From contig NC_043019.1 of assembly GCF_006345805.1 (NCBI RefSeq), positions 22,133,360 through 22,197,359 on the forward strand: a stretch of 64,000 nt of DNA, written 5' to 3'. Below, in pieces: positions 36,646 through 50,337 of this stretch. Source of the DNA: Octopus sinensis. Its lineage: Eukaryota. How positions within the stretch are numbered: the stretch's first letter is position 1; every line of letters starts with the position of its first letter. Under the pieces are notes generated by a model that saw nothing but the letters and a program-made list of their open reading frames with translations, was not told the DNA's origin and made no database searches. A program made the translations under genes and the position numbers.

Positions 36646-37505
36646 AAACTTTCAGATAGGGACTGTCGAACTCTTATGCAAATTGTTAGAAAGGATCACA
36701 AAAGTACAGCTCCCAAAATTACTGCAGAGCTTAATGACCAATTTAAGAACCCAGTTTCCACAAAAATTGTTCACCGGAAGTTGCACAAAGCTGGATTTCA
36801 TGGGAGGGCTGCAATCAGAAAACCACTACTTTCAAAAACAAATGTTGCAAAGCGTTTAGAGTGGAATAAAAACCTAACCTACAGAATTGGTCCTTGGAGC
36901 AATGGAATAATGTTATTTTCTTGGAAGAGTCCTCCTTTACCTTATTTCCAACCACTGGCTGAGTATACGTGTGGAGGAGGATCTGTGATGATCGGTGGGG
37001 TGGGGATGGGGCTATATCTTGGAAATCCACCAGTCCAATGGTTTCCCTTCATGGCAGAATTAATAGTCAAATCTTTTTAAGCACTTTATCTGATCAAATT
37101 TATCCTATGGTTGTGGAACTGTTTCCAGAGGGAAACGCAATCTTTCAGGATGATAATGCACCAATTCACACAGCTAAAGTTGTTACTGAATGGCACGAAG
37201 AACATTCTAGTGAAGTTGAACAACTTATCTGGCCACCACAGTCCCCAGATATCAATATTATTGAACATTTATTGTGCATTTTAGAAAACAAGTATGGAGT
37301 CAATATCCTCCACCATCACCACTACAAGAACTGGAGACTGTTTTAGCTAAAGAATGATAAAAAATTCCTTTGGAAACAATTCAAACTTTGTATGACGCCA
37401 TACCTCATGGAATTCAAACTATAATTACTGCCAAAGGCGGTCCTACCCCATATTACAATAAATTTGTTTGAAATTTTAAGGTGTTTCCATTATTTTGTCC
37501 AAACC

Positions 37506-37510
<5 letters not shown>
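36645..37510 (+). mobile_element. Tc1 (DD34E) transposon, 5'-truncated
   Basis: KLSDRDCRTL..RKPLLS..FQDDNAPIH..WPPQSPDINIIEHL; 3' terminal sequence ending ccctg before a TA run. Confidence 0.88.
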
Positions 37511-37543
<33 letters not shown>

Positions 37544-37854
37544 TGTTGTGGCAAGAGTCACAACACCCCTTGCAAGAATAGACTGACCGAACGACTATAA
37601 ATAGTAGCGGTCTGAGTGAGATAGGAGTCAGAGTAGGCGTTAATCGCAGGAAGTCGTAAGGTGGCATTTTGGTGGCTTGTCAGAATATCATTTGTTGGTT
37701 CATGTATATTTTGTGGAGAGTTTGTTGGATTGTTATGTTGTTGTTACTCTGCTTCATTATATATTATATTGTTACTACACAGTTATAGTTCAAGCAAGTA
37801 TTGTCATAAATAGTGTTGATCCTACAATAACTGACGATGAGTAACTATGTTACA
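37544..37854. mobile_element. Putative solo LTR (311 bp)
   Basis: TGT...ACA termini and a TATAAATA box, with composition distinct from the flanking microsatellites; no clean TSD. Confidence 0.4.
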
Positions 37855-38070
37855 ATCATCATCATCATCATCATCATCATTATCATCATTTAGCGTCCGC
37901 TTTCCATGCTAGCATGGGTTGGACGGTTCAACTGGGGTCTGGAAAGCCAGAAGGCTGCACCAGGCCCAGTCTGATCTGGCAATGTTTCTATGGCTGGATG
38001 CCCTTCCTAATGCCAACCACTCCGTGAGTGTAGTGGGTGCTTTTTACGTGCCACCGGCATATATATACAC

Positions 38071-38102
<32 letters not shown>

Positions 38103-38864
38103 ATGTATATATATATATGTATGTGTGTGGTGGGGTATGTGTGTATGTATGTATATATTTGCATATAAGTATGTGTGTGCCTTTGTGTCTGTGTTTGTCT
38201 TCCTCCTCACCACTTGACAACCAGTGTTGGTGTGTTTATGTCCCCATAACTTGGTGGTTTGGAGAAAGAGACCGACAGAATAAACACTACTGGGATTGAT
38301 TCATTCAACTAAAAATTCTTCAAGCAAAGTGTCCCAGCATGGCCACAGTCTATTGACTGAAATAAGTAAAAAAGAAAAAAAAAAAGATAGCAAGAAAGAA
38401 AGTAAAAAAAAATTACAAATTGTTTATTTGATTGTTGTAAATATGTTTTTTTGTAATTTCTAACTCCAAGCTTTAGGTTTCTCAGAGTTAAATGATCCCC
38501 TGGGCCACAACACATGGCTTATATTGATCCATACGTAAATCCAGTTTGAAGTACATAGCACAGAGTACACCATACATTTGCACACTACACAGTGATGTTA
38601 ATACCTAACCATGTAATTTGTTCTTTTGATCAATTTCTAAAGACAGCCTAGAATATATTAATTTATCTCCTTGATAAATTGTCACGCTATCAACTTATTT
38701 ACTTTAATTCTTAAGGACATTGTCTGTCTGACACATTTTTTTGCTTAATTTTTTCAGCTTTTCTCTTTCATTTTATAAGCCTTTTGGATCTTTTGTTTGT
38801 AGTTTTAATGTTGTTTTTTTGGGGGGTCTTTTGGTGGCCTTGAGTAATTATTCTGTAAGGTAAT

Positions 38865-38868
38865 ATGT

Positions 38869-38920
<52 letters not shown>

Positions 38921-39126
38921 TCTCTGCTTTGCTCATGTTTGTCTATCTTTTTCTCACATGCTAATTGACTCTCTCTGTATTTCTGTCTCTGTGAATGTGT
39001 CTCTCTCATTCTCTTCTCTCTTTCTATTTCTCTCTCTCTCTCTCCCTTTCTATCTTTCTATTTCTCTCTCTCTCTCTCTTTCTTTCTATCTTTCTATTTC
39101 TATCTCTCTCTTTCTTTCTATCTTTC

Positions 39127-39165
<39 letters not shown>
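38865..39165. repeat. (CT)n-rich polypyrimidine microsatellite
   Basis: Directly visible. Confidence 0.9.
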
Positions 39166-39166
<1 letters not shown>

Positions 39167-39454
39167 AAATATATGGATTAGACTGGGGGAACGTTTGTGT
39201 GTACAAACAATAGGTGGGGAAGAGACAAAAAACTCAGGAACTTGAAACCCAGCAATAGAACTGAAGAAGCTTCAGCTGCTAATATAAGAAACAATAGAAA
39301 CTGCATATACATATACATACATGCATAATTTGTGTATGTGTGTGTGTGTGTGTGCATTTGTATAAATGTATGTATTTATATGTGTATACGTATTCATATA
39401 TATGCATGTGTGTATGTATACATATGTATGTATGTATGTGTGTATGAATGTATG

Positions 39455-39487
<33 letters not shown>

Positions 39488-39639
39488 ATGCATATGTATG
39501 ATTATAGCTATAACAATCGATCTATCTGTCTACATACATACACAAACATGCACACATATATATATGTATGCATATATATATATTTATATACATGAATAGA
39601 TAAATGTGTGCATGTATGTGTGTGCCCGTGTGAATGGGG

Positions 39640-39685
<46 letters not shown>

Positions 39686-39709
39686 TATATACATACATAT
39701 ATATACATA

Positions 39710-39776
<67 letters not shown>

Positions 39777-40270
39777 GTATAGAAATTTTGCTTTACATTT
39801 CATCATTTCATGGTCTGCAATGATGAATAAATGATTGCAAAACTAGTTTTAAAGCAGCCAACAAGCTAAATGTTCTTCACGCGGATTGGAACCTGAAACC
39901 TTAAACCTTTGAGTTTACTAAACATACCTATCTTATTCAAATCACTCATTATCATCTTCACAAAATAAAAAAAAAGGGGCTGTGTTATATGGCTAAATCA
40001 TCTGGACTGGCCTTGAATTACTTGGATTATGTTTGATTGTAACATATAAATCAGAATTGGCAGAGCTAAAGCATCTTTGATGGTATCGTAAGTTTGTTGG
40101 ATTTGATCTAACCTTTAGTGAGTGCTAAACAACAATAACAACAACAACCACCACCACTACAACCACCACCACCACCACCACAACCACCACCACCACTACC
40201 CCCACTACTACAAATTCAATACAAGCTAGTGGAGCAGATTTTATATATATGGTCACTCAACCTGCTGGAA

Positions 40271-40668
40271 ATATATTTCTTTACTACCCACAGAGGGGAC
40301 AAACAAGGACAGACAAAGAGATTAAGTTGATTACATCGACCCCAGTGCGTAACTGGTACTTAATTTATCGACCCCGAAAGGATGAAAGGCAAAGTCGACC
40401 TCGGCGGAATTTGAACTGGGAACGTAGCAGCAGACGAAATACCTATTTCTTTACTACCCACAAGGGGCTAAACACAGAGGGGACAAACAAGGACAGACAA
40501 AGAGATTAAGTTGATTACATCGACCCCAGTGTGTAACTGGTACTTAATTTATCGACCCCGAAAGGATGAAAGGCAAAGTCGACCTCGGCGAAATTTGAAC
40601 TCGGAACGTAACAACAGACGAAATACGGCTACGCATTTCACCCGGCGTGCTAACGTTTCTGCCAGATT
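40271..40668 (-). mobile_element. Dimeric SINE family 1
   Basis: Two tandem monomers joined at cagacgaaatacc|tatttc. Confidence 0.85.
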
Positions 40669-40819
40669 ACCTTCAAATTGCATTTTAAGACAATAATGCT
40701 TTGCAATGATGTAGTATTGGAATACACAGTGTATCTGGAAAAACCAAATGCTGGATGAATATGGGAGAAACATCTTTCTATCATTGCTCTTTTGGCTGGA
40801 GACTGACTTGATGTTAACA

Positions 40820-41065
40820 ATAACAGCAGCAGCAGCAGCAACAACATCAACAACAACAACCACCACCACCACCACCACCACCCACAACATCAACAACACA
40901 ACCACCACCACCACCACCACCACCACCACCACCACCACCCACAACAACAACATCAACAACAACAACCACCACCACCAACACCACCACCACCACCCACAAC
41001 AACAACAACAACAACAACCACCACCCACAACAACAACAACAACAACACCATCACCACCACAATAA
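40820..41065. repeat. (CAA)/(CAC) trinucleotide tract upstream of the GPCR ATG
   Basis: Directly visible. Confidence 0.92.
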
Positions 41066-41238
41066 TAACAGAAATAGCTTTAAAATGTAGCAGTAATTCA
41101 CTAATATTAAATGAAAGTGAATCAGGAAATAAAAAAAAGATGCTCCAGCTAGGGCTTTAAGCCAATGATTGTAACAAAGATTAAGGATAAAATTGGCAAA
41201 AAGTAAATGAACAAGCAAAAACAGATAAAGATCTGACG

Positions 41239-42058
41239 ATGAACATGTCAAATAACTTTTCAGATCTTTTAACGAAGACTGTATTCCATGAATCTCTTGT
41301 GCTTCGCATTGTGGAAGTCAGTATCATAGTAATTCTTATTGTTCTCTGTGTAGTTGGTAACTGTTTGTTGTTTTACATAATAGTTACCACTAGTCCACGC
41401 TGGTGGACGACACCAGCAAATTTCTTCAATGTCAATCTGGCATTTACAGACTTGATGGTCGGAATCGTAGTGCTGCCGTTCATGGCTATGTCAATCAGCT
41501 GGCAGTCGTGGCTGCTATCGGACATCCTGTGTCAGAGTACGGCGTTTGCCACGATCCTGCTCATGGCAAGTTCCACTCTGACATTGTCGGTTATTTCACT
41601 TGATCGCTACTTCTGCATCTGTTTACCACTTCGTTACCAATCTGTAGTGACCACTGAGCGGGTGGCATCTGTTGTCGCTGTTTTGTGGCTAACAAGCTTC
41701 CTATTGGCCAGTATACCACTGTTTGGTTGGGGTAGGTACACATTCCGTCCTCAGTCCATACCGATATGCAGTGTGCTTTTGGAAGGTCAGCAGCGACACG
41801 TCATATTGCTTTGGTCCTTCATGATAATATTGCCGGTAACAGTGATGATCTATTCTTACATGCAAATTCTAAAGGTTGCTCGGAAACAAGCAAATCAGAT
41901 TGGATGTGTTGAGAACCATTTCAATTCTAGGATGATGACGGGAACTAATGAAACCATTGGAACATCCCAGAATGGAACCGTTTCTTTTGGGAACAACGAC
42001 AGCAAGCACTTCGTGTCTCGCAGTTTGAAATCCTTGAAAATCGTTTCAATTATCATTG
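41239..42058 (+). CDS. GPCR exon 1 (TM1-TM5, ICL3, start of TM6)
   Basis: 275-aa ORF cut at the donor at 42059. Confidence 0.93.
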
Positions 42059-45000
42059 GTGAGTAATTAAAAAAGGCATTTCTTCCGTATATCCTCCTTA
42101 TCATCCTCATCATCAGCACCACCACCACCACCACCACAATCACCACCACCACAACCACCACAGCACCACCACCACCACTACCACTGCCGCCGCCACCGCC
42201 GCCGCCGCCGCCGCCACCACCACCACCACCACCACCACCACAAGTGCTATGCAGTACAGCATGTTGTTTCCAAATTTCTGGCAGAGTGAGTTGCATCATA
42301 GTGCTATTTTTCTCACAGACGGTGTCCAACTGACCCTACTATACTGTGTAGTCGACAAAATCAAAATCAAACAATGTGCATGCACAAAATTAAAAATATA
42401 AATTGGCAACAATTTACCCATAGCACCCTGTCTGTGTGTGTGTGGAGGTGCGTGGCTTAGTGGTTAGAGTGTCAGCATCATGATCATAAGATTGTGGTTT
42501 CAATTCCTGGACCGGACGATGCGTTGTGTTCTTGAGCAAAACACTTCATTTCATGTTACTCCAGTCCACTCAGCTGGCAAAAATGAGTAATGCTGCCATA
42601 GACTGGCATCCTGTCCAGCTGGGGAACACATACGCCATAGAAACCGGGCCCATGAGCCTGGCTAGGCTTTAAAAGGGTGCATTTATTATTTTTATTATAT
42701 GCCACAACATTGATTTCTTCGTCTGCCGTAAAAGCATTTTTTTCCAAAGTTGAACTGTCTAAAGTCGAAAGACACCTGTTGCTTTTGTCCTGTTATTATT
42801 ATTGTTGTTTTTTGTATTTATATTCGTGTGGCATCGTCCGTTTTTCTGTCCTTGTTTCGTATACATTCCTTTTTCCAAGAAATCTAATGCTTGTAGCTTA
42901 GTTTTTCCTTGGGGCTGGCCGGATTGGAGCGATCTCAAGATTAATCAGCCGAAATTGCGAGGATGATCTGGTTCTTGACTGAAGATTAGAGGCTTCGAAT
43001 GACCCGTCCGTTTTTTGTGTCGTCTATTTGAATGTTTTGCGTTCTTGTTCCATTTTGTATTTTTATATATATTTTTTATACATATATATTATTTATATAT
43101 ATATAAGAAAACAATATATGGGCTTCATGGATGTGATGATAACAAGTGACTGAGACCTCTGGCGATATGCTGTGTATGAGAAGACTCATCAGGCCGTGTG
43201 ACCAAGACCTCTGGTGATAATCTGTGAATGAAAAAACTGACCTGGCCAAGTGCAATTGTAGCTGGCCTGATCAGTTGTAGCTGTGGCGGCATCATATAGA
43301 TGGCACTTGTGACAAAGTAGTCGTGGCCATTGCTGGTGCCATGAAAACGGCGTCTGTGAAATTGGAGTTGGGCAGTCACTGGTGCCTTGTAGATGAATCA
43401 TAGTCATAGTTGTGGTCATTGACAGTGCCATGTAAATGACACCCATGTATTGTAGTCATGGTGGTTGCCAGTACCATATAAAGGGCCCCCATGAATCCTT
43501 GTGATCACTGTGGGTGCCATGTGAATGGCACCCATGCTGGTGGTATGTAAAATCACCCATTACACTCCCTGGAGTGGTTGGCATTAGGAAGGGCATCCAG
43601 CCATAGAAACACTGCCAAATCAGACTGGAACCTGGTGCAGCTCTCTGGCTCATCAGCACCAGTTAAACCATCTAACCCATGTCAGCATGGAAAGTGAATG
43701 TTAAATGATGATGATGATGATGATGATGATGATATACATACATACATACATACATACATACCTAGATACATACATACATATACATACATATACATACATA
43801 CATACCTACCTACATACATACAAACATACATATACATACATACATACATACATATACATACATACATACATACCTACCAACATACATACATACAATGAGC
43901 TTCTACACAGTTTATGTCTACCAAATTCATCTACAATGCGTTGGTCAGCTTAGAGCTATAGCAGAAGATATTTGTCCAATGTGCCATGCTGTGAGATTGA
44001 ACCATTCCCAGCCCCATAGCCATGCCTATACCTTTCCTGATTAATACCTCCAATCTGTTTTTGAATTTTGACTACAGATGGTGCATTGAGAATGACTACA
44101 TTGTTAAGTTTTGTGTGTATTTATAGGAATGACTTATTGCTGATTTAGTCACGGAACAAACAAAATCACAATCGTTTTCACCTTAGGTAGTTTTCTCACA
44201 TTGATTTTAAAATGCAAATAGATGTTCACTGACGTTAAATTTTGTTGTTGTCTACATACAAATATATCCAGCTGTGCTGTATTTACTATTCATGTTCTCT
44301 TGTCTCAAAGCTATTGAATAAAATATAAAGCTTAAGATAAATGTGTTAACATAAAAAAAGTCCATTCACTTTTTAAAATTTCTATTTTAAAAAAACAAAT
44401 AAAATCAGGACAAAAACCAATGATTAGCACAACCTTTGTGTATGTATGTTTGTATATATCTGCATAGGCGCAGGAGTGGCTGTGTGGTAAGTAGCTTGCT
44501 TACCAACTACATGGTTCCGGGTTCAGTCCCACTGCATGGCACCTTGGGCAAGTGTCTTCTAGTATAGCCTCGGGCCGACCAAAGCCTTGTGAGTGGATTT
44601 GGTAGACAGAAACTGAAAGAAGCCTGTTGTGTATATGTATATATATATACGTGTGTGTGTGTGCGTGTATGTTTGTGTGTCTGTGTTTGTCCTCCTAGCA
44701 TTGCTTGACAACCGATGCTGGTGTGTTTATGTCCCCGTCACTTAGCGGTTCGGCAAAAGAGACCGATAGAATTAGTACTGGGCTTACAAAGAATAAGTCC
44801 CGGGGTCGAGTTGCTCGATTAAAGGCGGTACTCCAGCATGGCCGCAGTCATATGACTGAAACAAGTAAAAGAGTAAAGAGTATGTGTGAAAGAGCATGGC
44901 TCAGTGGTTAGAGCATTAAGCTCATAATCCTGGGGTAGTGAGTTCAATTCCTAGACCAGGCTGTGCATAGTGGTCTTGAGCTAGACACTTCATTTCTCAT

Positions 45001-45281
45001 AGCTCTAGTTTAGTCAGCTGCAGAAATGAGTCGTGATGCCCTTGGCGCCAAGTTGTATCAGCGTTTGCCTTTCTCTTGGATAATATCAGTGGTGTGGAAA
45101 AAAGGTGGTTTGTATGCGTGAGCAACTGTTGATCATCCATAAACCACCTTGTCCAGACTTGTAGCTTAGAGGGGAGCTTTCAGGGTGCAATTCCATGGCT
45201 ACTAATGACCGAAGGGAGTCTTTGCCTTTACCTTTTAAATCTGTATAATGTTATATGTGAGTTTGTATGCCTCTGTGCATG

Positions 45282-45328
<47 letters not shown>

Positions 45329-48300
45329 TGCGTGTTTGTGCATGTATACATACATATACACATGGACTAATCTCTACTCTCAAAATTGTTGGCCTTGGGC
45401 CTAAATTAGGAACCATTGTTATTTTCATTACTTAGAACTATGATGGCAAGCTGGCAGAAGCATTAAAGTGTCAGAAAATAATACTTAGTGGCATTTTTCT
45501 GATTCTTCATGTTCTGAGTTCAAATCTCACTAAGGCTTACTTTGCTTTTCATTCTTTCAAGGTCAATAAAATAACATACCAGTTCAGCACTGAAGTCAGT
45601 GTAAACGATTAGCCCTTCCCCTTAAAACTGTTGGCCTCATGCCAAAATTAAGAAGAATTATTTAGAACATAATTTAACATGACATTATCTTAAACGGAAA
45701 ATTATCTTAAATGGAAAATTTATGTCATAGTAGGTGAGCTTAGTCACAGGTGATGGCCATGTAAAGAATTTTGTGTGTTTGACAATAGCTTGTTCAATTA
45801 ATGATAAATCAATAGATTTACTTGTAAATCATCCGCAGATGTTTTAGTTAGAGAAGATTTATGCAGATCAATTGTTGCTGTTGTGGTGGTTTGTTGTTGC
45901 TGTTTTGATGTTGTAATTGTTGTTGATGATGGTGTTGATGCTGACCCCTAGGTCCTCACCACCCTTGCCAGAGCACGTTCCGTGGACTGTGCACCTGCTC
46001 TCTACCCCTGCACTCATCCTTCTGTCTCCCATCTCCTGTTTCCCCTCATCTACCACCCCACCACCCTATCTCTCCAACACACCATTCTTGGAGCCTTCCG
46101 GTAACTCCAGTCTGACCCCTCCACTTCACACATCTTCCCTAACCGACCCCTCTCCTCCTTCAAATGAGCCCACAACCTACAAGACCTCTTGGTCCACAGC
46201 TTCTTCCCTAACCCAACCTCCCAACCTGGCTCATTTCCCTGCTCCCACACTTGCCCTTACCTTTCCAACACCACCCTCCTCACCGGCACCCATCATCGAC
46301 CCTATCATGTCACCAACTCCTTCACCTGCACTTCTACCAATGTCATCTCCTGCATTCTCTGCCCTTCTCTATACACCGGGCAAACAGGACGCCACTTGGC
46401 TGACCAGTTCATGGAATACCTCGGAGACATGTACATTGATAACACTGGGTTGTGGAATCAAATGGGTCCATTTGAGTAAAATAGGAATCAAATGGATCCA
46501 TGGGTAAAATGGTTTAGAATTCTTCTGCTTATTCCTGTAATGCTCAGAGTTCCATATCCCTTACTCAGACTACAACTTGCAAACTGTTAATTGCCAACCT
46601 CTACTAGCAAACACCTCTTGTAGTGGTCCCCCATTAACTTCTAGTGTTTGGTTCCCTTCTTCTCTTGAAAAACTCCTCTCAGGTTATTGTTAACTGCAAT
46701 AGGGTTAGCTGTCCTGTCGTCTTGGAAACCAAGATGATATCTGGTTAGACTGCCCTCCCACATCCCAACAAGTTTTAAACTCAGAAACTAAACATTTCAT
46801 TTGGCACTCTACCAGTTCTTCCAACCCACCACCCTGACCCCCTGACAACACCATAACATTAAAAAAGAAAAGCTTAATTTGGAATGTTTAGGCTGAAGTG
46901 ATCTCCATTAAATTAACTCGATCTTCAGACCAAAGTACAACCCAGAGGGCCAGCAACTATCTTTTATTTTTTACCTGTTCAAGTCATTAGTCTGTGGCCA
47001 TACTGGGGTACTGCATTGAATGAATCGACCTCAACACTTTATTTTAAGCCTGGTACTTATTCAGTCGGTCTCTTTTTGCTGAACTCCTAAGTTATGGAGG
47101 GGTAAACAAACCAACACTAGTTGTCAAGCAGTGGTGGGGGACAAGCACACACACACACATACGTGACAGGCTTCTTTCAGTTTCCGTCTACCACATCTGC
47201 TCACAAGGGTTTGGTCAGCCCAAGGCTATAGTAGAAGACACTTGCCCAAAGTGCCATGCAGCGGGACTGAACACAGAACCATGTGGCTGGGAAGCAAGCT
47301 TCTTACCACACAGCCATGCCTGCACCTTTCTTTCTTTCTTCTTTTCTTTTTACTTGTTTCAGTCATTTGACTGCGGCCATGCTGGAGCATCGCCTTTTAG
47401 TCGAGCAAATCGACCCCAGGACTTATTCTTTGTAAGCCCAGTACTTATTCTATCGGTCTCTTTTGCCAAACCGCTAAGTGACAGGGACGTAAACACACCA
47501 GCATCGGTTGTCAAGCAATGCTAGGGGGACAAAGACAGACACACAAAACATATACACACACATGCATATATATATATATATATATATACATATATACGAC
47601 AGGCTTCTTTCAGTTTCCGTCTACCAAATCCACTCACAAGGCATTGGTCGGCCTGGGGCTATAGCAAAAGACACTTGCCCAAGATGCCAAGCAGCGGGAC
47701 TGAACCCGGAACCATGTGGTTGGTTAGCAAGCTACTTACCACACAGCCACTCCTGCGCCTATGTTGAAAATTTCAAAAGGCTGCAGGGTAAAATGTATAA
47801 TTATTAACCCTTTAACTGTGGAATTAAATTTCATGGATATTCCAGGAATGATATTAAATATCAACCAAAAATTTTTCTGCAAGTCATGTTGCCCCAATGA
47901 AGGCACATGGCTCAGTAATTAAAGCATCAGACTCACAATCATGAGGTAGTGAGTTCGATTCTTGGACTGGGTTGTGTGTTGTGTTCTTGAGCAAGACCCT
48001 TCAATTCATGTTGCTCCATTTCTCTCATCAGAAGAAATGAGTCGTGATGTCACTGGTGCCAAGCTGCATCGACCTTTGCCTTTCCATTGGATAACATCAG
48101 TGGCATGGAGAGTAGTGGTGGTGGGGGGTATGCATGGGCAACTGCTGGTCTTCCATAAACAATCTTGCCCAGACTTGTGCTTTGGAGGGAAACTTTCTTG
48201 GTGCAATCCCACAATCATTTATGACCAAAGGGAGTTTTTACCCTTACAGTGAAGGGTAATGAAATTTTGGTGGCTATATCTGATTTTCACTGTAAAAGGG

Positions 48301-50220
48301 TTAACAACATGTAGTTATCCATGTGGTAAGAAGTTTACTTCCTAACCACATAGTTCTGGGTTCAGTCTCACTGCATGACACCTTAGGCAAGTGTCTTGGA
48401 CCAACCAAGTGAGTGGATTTGGTAGACAAAATCTGAAAGAAGCCCATACAGGCGCAGAAGCCATAAGAGGTGCAGGAGTGGCTGTGTGGTAAGTAGCTTG
48501 CTAACCAACCACATGGTTCCGGGTTCAGTCCCACTGCGTGGCATCTTGGGCAAGTGTCTTCTGCTATAGCCCCGGGCCGACCAATGCCTTGTGAGTGGAT
48601 TTGGTAGACGGAAACTGAAAGAAGCCTGTCGTATATATGTATATATATATGTGTGTATATGTTTGTGTGTCTGTGTTTGTCCTCCCAACATCGCTTGACA
48701 ACCGATGCTGGTGCGTTTACGTCCCCGTCACTTAGCGGTTCGGCATAAGAGACTGATAGCATAAGTACTGGGCTTACAAAGAATAAATCCCGGGGTCGAT
48801 TTACTCGACTAAAGGTGGTGCTCCAGCATGGCCGCAGTCAAATGACTGAAACAAGTAAAAGAGTAAAGAGTAAAGAGTATACACATACAACAGCTTCTTT
48901 CAGTTTCCATCTATCAAATCCACTTACATGGCTTTGGTCAGCCTCGGTTTATAGCAAAAGACAAATGCCTGAGGTGCTGCACAGTGGGACTGAAACCAAG
49001 ACCACATGGTTGGTAAGCAAACTTCTAAACCCTTTAGCATTCATATTACTCTGTCAAATGCAGCACATACTTACCCATTGATTTGAATTAATCCTGCGTT
49101 ATCTTGTAGCTTTGAGAGTTCAATGATGTGTTTGTGTTTTGAATGATGTTGTCAGGTAGGTGTGAAATGCTAGAATGTGGCCAGTTTTAACATAAAACAA
49201 GGAGAATATTTTGGGTTGGACTTGGCCAGTTTAAATCCTAAAGGTTTAACCCTTTTGTTACCAACCCGGCTGAAACCGGCTCTGGCTCTGTAGTACAAAT
49301 GTCTTGTTTTCTTAAGGTTTCAATTAAAATCTTCCACCAAACCTTAGTCACAATTTATGTTCCTAATACAAGCTGAATGATAACTAAGTTATTTTACTAA
49401 ATTCTTTGTTATATTTAAAGTAACTGAAAGAAACACAGAGCATCTCAAAATAAATACAGTAACGAAAGGGTTAAGCATACAGCCATCCCCCAGTACCAAT
49501 AGAATTACATTTATTTATATTTTTTTAATGCCTGTTGTCCATGCTGGCATGAGTTGGACTGTGTAATAAAATTTTTGTGTTGTTTCCAATTTGCTTCTAC
49601 TTAGAAATCAAAAGAAATAACTATTATTCCCTTCAAACTTTGCTTTTGCAACCTGGACATTAATGTTTTGAAACTTACCAATTTTCCATTACATTTCAGA
49701 GATTTAGCACCGAGTTGCTGAAGCAGGTTTTTCTAGAATTTTTCTAAAAGTTACAAGAATTTCTAGAACATTCTAGTAACATAAATGGTAGTATAAATAC
49801 AGGGATCATAAGCTCAACAGTTCAGTTTACTTCTAGCTGTCCAAGTGGAAACAAGTTTTAGGAAAGCAAAGTTTGGAGGAAATATTAGCCATTTGTCATA
49901 CTTTTTAGGGGTAAGCAAAAAGGGAACAACAGTTGCTACCCAAGGACAAAAGTCCTGTTACACTGTGTTGTCTTTTATTTCTTTGTAAGTGTTTTCCATG
50001 TTTTTATTTTTCAGGTACTTTCTTTTTGTGTTGGGGTCCGTATATAGGATTCAACTTCTGGTGCCTGGATAATGCTAAACCAATTCCTTATCTGGGTGAT
50101 TTATTGACAACGTTCTTGGCTTTCACGAACAGTTCTGTTAATCCGTACCTTATTATAATGTTCAACCGAGATTTTAAAATTGCATTTCGAAATATTTTCA
50201 AGAGCAGGCAGCAGGAATAA
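41239..50220 (+). CDS. Orphan class A (rhodopsin-family) GPCR, 341 aa; exons 41239-42058 and 50015-50220
   Basis: N-glycosylation sequons NMS/NFS, GN (TM1), LAFTD (TM2), C3.25, DRY, W4.50, P5.50, CWGP, NSSVNP, helix 8; phase-1 intron g/gtgagt ... tttcag/gt within TM6. Confidence 0.93.
43130..43720 (+). mobile_element. RTE-type LINE 3' remnant
   Basis: Homologous to the 12336-13290 tail; (ATG)n end. Confidence 0.65.
44465..44881 (+). mobile_element. SINE family 2 copy
   Basis: Full-length, forward. Confidence 0.88.
45940..46440 (+). mobile_element. Penelope-like element GIY-YIG endonuclease remnant
   Basis: PGSFPC..TCPYL..FTCTSTNVISCILC..LYTGQTGRHLADQF. Confidence 0.8.
47341..47762 (-). mobile_element. 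SINE family 2 copy
   Basis: Full-length, reverse. Confidence 0.88.
47808..48300. mobile_element. piggyBac-like MITE carrying an internal SINE
   Basis: TTAA-CCCTTT...AAAAGGG-TTAA; SINE at about 47900-48245 inside. Confidence 0.6.
48468..48879 (+). mobile_element. SINE family 2 copy
   Basis: Full-length, forward. Confidence 0.88.
50015..50220 (+). CDS. GPCR exon 2 (TM6-TM7, helix 8)
   Basis: (G)TFFLCWGPY...AFTNSSVNPYLIIMFNRDFKIAF...QQE*. Confidence 0.92.
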
Positions 50221-50337
50221 AGGAAAAACAGTTTGTGTAACCCATTGTAAAAGATAGCAAGAACATGACCCAGACATAGAGCTTTACACTGGACCTCATA
50301 GAAATAGCAACCAAATCTGAAGTCGCACACATATACC

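Noticed and set aside
40549-41065. Poly-Val/Thr/Gln ORFs as a GPCR N-terminal extension
   Set aside because: Trinucleotide repeat; the ORFs stop before 41239 and no splice link was found
42740-43030. Possible additional hammerhead in a CpG-rich repeat
   Set aside because: CTGAAGA and GAAA segments are not arranged around a common stem II
41239-50220. Opsin or biogenic-amine receptor assignment
   Set aside because: No Lys at 7.43 and no Asp at 3.32
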